Source: the human T2T-CHM13v2.0 reference genome, Homo sapiens. From it: a stretch of 64,000 nucleotides of DNA. Below the pieces are notes generated by a model. The model did no database searches. It was not told where the DNA came from and saw nothing but the letters and a program-made list of their open reading frames with translations. The stretch is taken from NCBI RefSeq assembly GCF_009914755.1, contig NC_060940.1. One strand, given 5' to 3'. Positions 58,869 to 64,000 of this stretch are shown piece by piece (position 1 is the stretch's first letter; each line of letters opens with the position of its first letter). A program made the position numbers and the translations under genes.

Positions 58869-60523
58869 TGTCCTTAAAAACAGGAATAATCCAAATTTAA
58901 ACATTTAGATGTCGAGAAATGTTATAAAGCACTTTCTTACCTATTATTTCTATGTTTATCACTTGATTCTGCCTTTATCCCTCAGGGTCATGGGCCGGTT
59001 TTCCTTTCCTTTCTATTCACCCTGTTGATGAAGATATATTCAAACTATCTCTTCATTATCTTGCTCACTGATTGGTGATACCTAGTGGTACCTCCAACTG
59101 ACAGCGTGTTCCTTGAGTGCATGGGCCGCATTTTCTCATCAAGTCCAGGCACAATAGTTGCTATCTGTCATGCTTGTAGTGGTCAAGTAGTGCTGACTTA
59201 GGAAATTATTCTCCTAATTTTATATATACTAAAGGAGGCTCAGAGAGGACAGAAAACTGGCTAAGGTCACACAGCCAGGAAGAAGAGGTCAGGATGAGAA
59301 CACCCAGGCCCCCCATGTAACATAATTCATTCTCGGCCAAATCCAGTCAGAAGAGTTCCACGGTACTATCCAGGACCTAACCCATCACTGCCTTGCCCAC
59401 CCCACACAGACACAGACACTGAAGTTTAAACACAAGAGGGGCTGCATGGATTCCTTAGGGACTGGATGGATTCCCTTCTTTGTTTTCAAAGAATGTGCAA
59501 ATAATGGCTCTGAAATCTATTTCTGATGAAATTCACATTAGGGCTAATTGCTTCACAGCATCTTGGTTACACATTTACTAATCCTTCCTCTTTGCTCATT
59601 TGCAAAGGATGCCTCACAAACATGCCTCATCAGATGGGACATCATACAGCATGATGTAAGCCCAGTGTCTCCAGAGATGTAAACAACTCAAATTGGCAAG
59701 TATCCTGGGAAGTAAATATAGACTGAAGGTATGGGGACATACATGGAACATCCAGTCCAGAAAAGAGGGCCCATGTTTGGTTTAAAATATAAATATAGAG
59801 CTTGAATGGGAGAAAAACCAAAATGTTCCATTTCCTCGTATATTGTCATAAATGTGGTTAACGGTGAACCCAAATGTACTGAGAGGCTTGGCTGTGAGCA
59901 GATGGTGCAGCTTCCTTATCAGTTCATCAGCTGGGCTAACATGACCCTGTAGAAATATATTTTTCTCCACTGCATCTGTGCAAATAAACACTGGCAATTT
60001 CTAATACCGAGCTGCTTGCCTGTAAAGTGATCTAAGTGATGTAAACTTAATAATTCACAAATGATGGCTTGCCTCCAGTTGGACCTAAAACATCAATTTG
60101 CTAATTCCTCTGATTTTCCCTTTTCTTCTTGCTCTTGACCCTGACAGATTATCACCTTGAATGTAGGTGAAAAGTTCCAACCTGGAGATCCCATTGTTTC
60201 TAGGACTCAAACTTCCAGTTCTTTGAAAGGAAATGATAGTTGTGACCCCAGAGAGCAGGAGGTGATTGTTAACAGTGCTATCCTCATGGTACTCTGAACC
60301 CGGAGCTCTGGCAACAGGGAGGCTGAAGGATTTGACCCCTGTGGAGTTAGGAACGGCCCTGAGGGTGCTAATTGTGCATGATGTAAGGAAGCTTGAGCCT
60401 TGGCATCAATCTCTGGATGAGATGATCCAGCCGGCTGCTCAAGAGCTTAGGATTTGGACCTGGATTCGAATCCTGCTCTGCCACGTAGTAGTTCCAGGCC
60501 CTTGCACTTAAAAAGTGTATTTA

Positions 60524-60855
<332 letters not shown>

Positions 60856-63149
60856 TCAACTGGAAAAGGAGTATAATACGCGACTCAGATAGTGTCATTG
60901 TGAGACTTGAGTAAAATTATTTATATAAATGCTTTACACAGTTCCTGTGTGAACTATTACATTAACAAAGAGAAGGATAGTAAGCATAGACATTCCACTG
61001 CGGAATAATGAGATATTTCTGCAGGAACAATACCCAGCCTGAAATAAGACTTCACGAACTAAGAAGGTCACCCAGGACACACAAATCTCTGGAGCCCGGA
61101 GGAGCAGGCTCTCCTAGAGGAGAAAAAAAGAGTTATCTAGATGGGCCAGAAGCATCCTCTTGGGATATGCTAACAGTGGTGAGGCTATGAGCATCATGGC
61201 CCATGGATCTGTCCAAGGAGAAGATGGCTGGGGAGGAAAGGTCACCCCACTGGAGCATATGGGAGTCAAGAGCACCCTCGCTTGAAGAGCCAGTTAGCTG
61301 CTGCCTGTGACAAAGAACCAACCCTCAAGGCAGACCCTCAAGGAGTGGTCAGTGCAGTGGCTTCTGCCATTGGAGGGCAACACCATGTGAGATCAGCAAA
61401 GGAAGGTTATTACTCTCTTGCTTAAAACCTTTCAATGGCTTCTCACTGCCATGGGAGGAAAACAAAACTCCTGTTCCATCGTAACAGGGCTACTCCTTTC
61501 TCGCTCTCCAGCATCGACTCCCCCCAAACTCTAAGCTCTGCTCTGCCACCCAACACAGCAAACTCTTTCTAAGTTCTCAGCCCTTGCAACATCACTCTCC
61601 CTTAGGTTCACCTACCTCCTCTGTGCCCAGTTCACTCCCATGAAGCTACACATTTCAGTTGCAGCATCATTTCTTCTTAGAAGCCTTTCAGAGGTATTCA
61701 TAAGCACCCTCCCTATTGTGGCTGCAGCCCTCAAGGATCCTACAGGTCTAGGAGTGAATGGCTTTCCACCATGAATGGTCCCTGAGTGTTTCAAGCCCTC
61801 TGTTAATTCCCCTAGCCTCTATTTAGTACTGCCTCCTTTAAAGACTCTTCAAAATCTCAAGTTTTACTAGAATCTTGGCTATCTCTTTCCCAAATCAGAA
61901 AAAAATGTCAGAGACCTCAAGTTTACATACCACACTTGACTCTCTAATCATTCCATGAAGTTTACTGCTGCCTCCTCAGCTACCACAGCATCAGCTTATA
62001 AATTGGGGCAATCAGCATGTTTTAAGGCAGCCGAGTGAGAGCTGCTGAGTGGCCAGTCCAAGACAGGCTCAGAAAAAAGGACCAGGATGTTCCAGCACAT
62101 GATTCTTCCCCAACTGTCTGCACATGTGCAGAGCTAACATCACACAGTGGGAGGTTCCTTGGAGCTTTAAACAATTTAAGACAAGTATAAGCCCTGAGCT
62201 GAGGGAGATGCTGAAATGAGAGCAAACGGGTGAAATCATCCTTCCTCAAGTGATGGTGCCAAGGGCATCAACGCCTCTGTGGTATCCCAGGTAATGTGAG
62301 TGCTTCCTACAGGGAATGCAGAGCTGATTGGGAAATTGGAAGAGCTGCGTCTGCATGGCATGTAAATACACTAAGGTCTGCTCTTCCCGGGTGTTTTGGG
62401 ATCCCAACATCACCAGCAGCTGCCTTGGGAAGTTTTCACTCTGGAAATTTATTTAAAATTATTTAAAGCCCATCCCGCCTCCATGATCTTCCTATCATTT
62501 TCTGAATGTATGCTTTTCAACACTATGATTGTGGTCTGTCTCCCCAGAAATGTGCTGCCAAACCTCAACCTGGCCAACACTGAAACACCCAAAGGGGTTT
62601 CTGAAAGGTAGAGATTGAAGCTTCTAATCCTAGAGGCCACTAGTGACTTGGAAAGTTGACATCCAGCTAGTGTCTCAGATCAAACTCCCCAGCTCATGCA
62701 CCACCCCACAATGAGGTCTGGATTTGGCTCAAAGTGGGCCAAAGGGTCTTGCTTGCTTCGTATCTATGAACTTTAGTGGGAGTTTGTCATTATTGGCAGC
62801 TCACCACCCATTCTCCTTCCTTTTGGGCTTGATTGCTCTTGCATAGGGCAGGCATTGTCTGATGGCAAATCCAGATAACTCCAATCGTAGTTGGGCAGCT
62901 GAAGCCAGACAGGGAGAAAGCAGGCTAACTTAAGCAAATTAAGCAGTCCCTCCCGGGATTTTGAATCTTTAGCAAATCACTGCAGGTCAGAAAAGAAATG
63001 GGTTAGAATTCATTATATCAGGTATGATTGAGTGACTTGCTAAGTTACTCTAATAGCTGAAGTCTAGCTGCAAAATACTACAAATCACAGGTGTTAGTAA
63101 GGACTTAAAACCATCAACATAAAAGTTTCAATGCCAAGAACCTACTACG

Positions 63150-63628
63150 TGTGGGGGCAGTGTTGATACCCCACCCAGATCCTCCGGAGTATCTTTGTGC
63201 TGCATGTGTACAGCCCTGGCTTCTGTGTGTTTTTACTTAAAACAGCCAGCAACAGGAGCTCTTAACAGATTCTGATCTCGGGCAAATGAAGCCAGCCTTG
63301 CTCACAAGCATGAGAGGCCACAAGTTCCTTGGAATGTATGTCCCTATGTCCTTCCCCTCCTCCTGGCTCTTAACAAATGACTGCAAGGTGCAGCAGGAGG
63401 AAATCCTCATCTCCCCTGCCCCAGATTCTAAGGTGTAGCTTGCCCTCCTAAGTCTTCCTTATGGAATCAGGCTGAAGATCCCCCTGGAGGACTTTGCCCA
63501 AACTTGCTATCTCCCTTGGCATCTTCCCCTGTCCTGCCCTGCCTCCCCACTTCTTGCTCTTCCCTGGGAGTCTCTTCTTGTACCTGTATCCTCATTCCAG
63601 GGTCTGTTCCTGGGGTCATCTCAGTTTC
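63150..63628 (+). mobile_element. ERVL solo LTR (LTR16C-like)
   Basis: CCCCACCCAGATCC start, ATGACTG, GAATCAGGCTGAAG, CTTCCCCTGTCCTGCCCTGC, CAGGGTCTGTTCCTGGGG end. Confidence 0.65.
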
Positions 63629-64000
63629 ATTAACTCCAATATTTCATTCACCGCTACAGCAGCATTTTCAAATGTGAAAGCGAGAAAGTGTAGATGGGAT
63701 GTGTGTGTGTGTGTGTGTGTGTGCCAATATCTATATTGAATATATAGATATAGGCACATATATATACATGTGCCAATATCTCATCCTGTCACCCAGGCTG
63801 GACAGGCTGGAGTACAGTGCTGTGAGCCTGACAATATGACCTTGCTATATGCCAATATCTATACTGAATATAGATATATTCTACATATATATGCCAATAT
63901 AGACTCATTCCTAAAGAGTCAAGGAATAGCTCAAAAAATTAGAGTCTTCCTTCACAAGCATTCCTTAGGGATATGACATCAATGCAAATATCTAAAGGAT

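Overview
Primate (human/ape-like) non-coding genomic DNA, intergenic or deep intronic. I see no recognisable host protein-coding exon, RNA gene or CpG island. A large part of the window is interspersed repeat: a decayed full-length L1PA6/7-like LINE (~5.09-11.13 kb) nested in an ERV1 (MER67-like) solo LTR, a 5'-truncated L1PA2/3-like LINE, several older L1 fragments, about 20 Alu/FLAM SINEs (many with target-site duplications, TSDs), MaLR and ERVL solo LTRs, hAT DNA transposons (three MER20, MER5A, MER63A), MIR/L2 relics and microsatellites. All long ORFs in the track are L1 ORF1/ORF2/ORF0 remnants; the rest are Alu-derived or chance ORFs. I do not see a novel multi-gene system. The most interesting signals are mechanistic fossils: two L1 3' transductions, one target site used twice (triple TSD with reciprocal CpG decay), a twin-primed inverted L1, and microhomology deletions. 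Also notable are a locally duplicated 130-bp octamer-bearing segment and repeat-free stretches with clustered transcription-factor motifs (candidate enhancers). Subfamily names come from remembered consensus features, not from a database search, and boundaries of old repeats are approximate.
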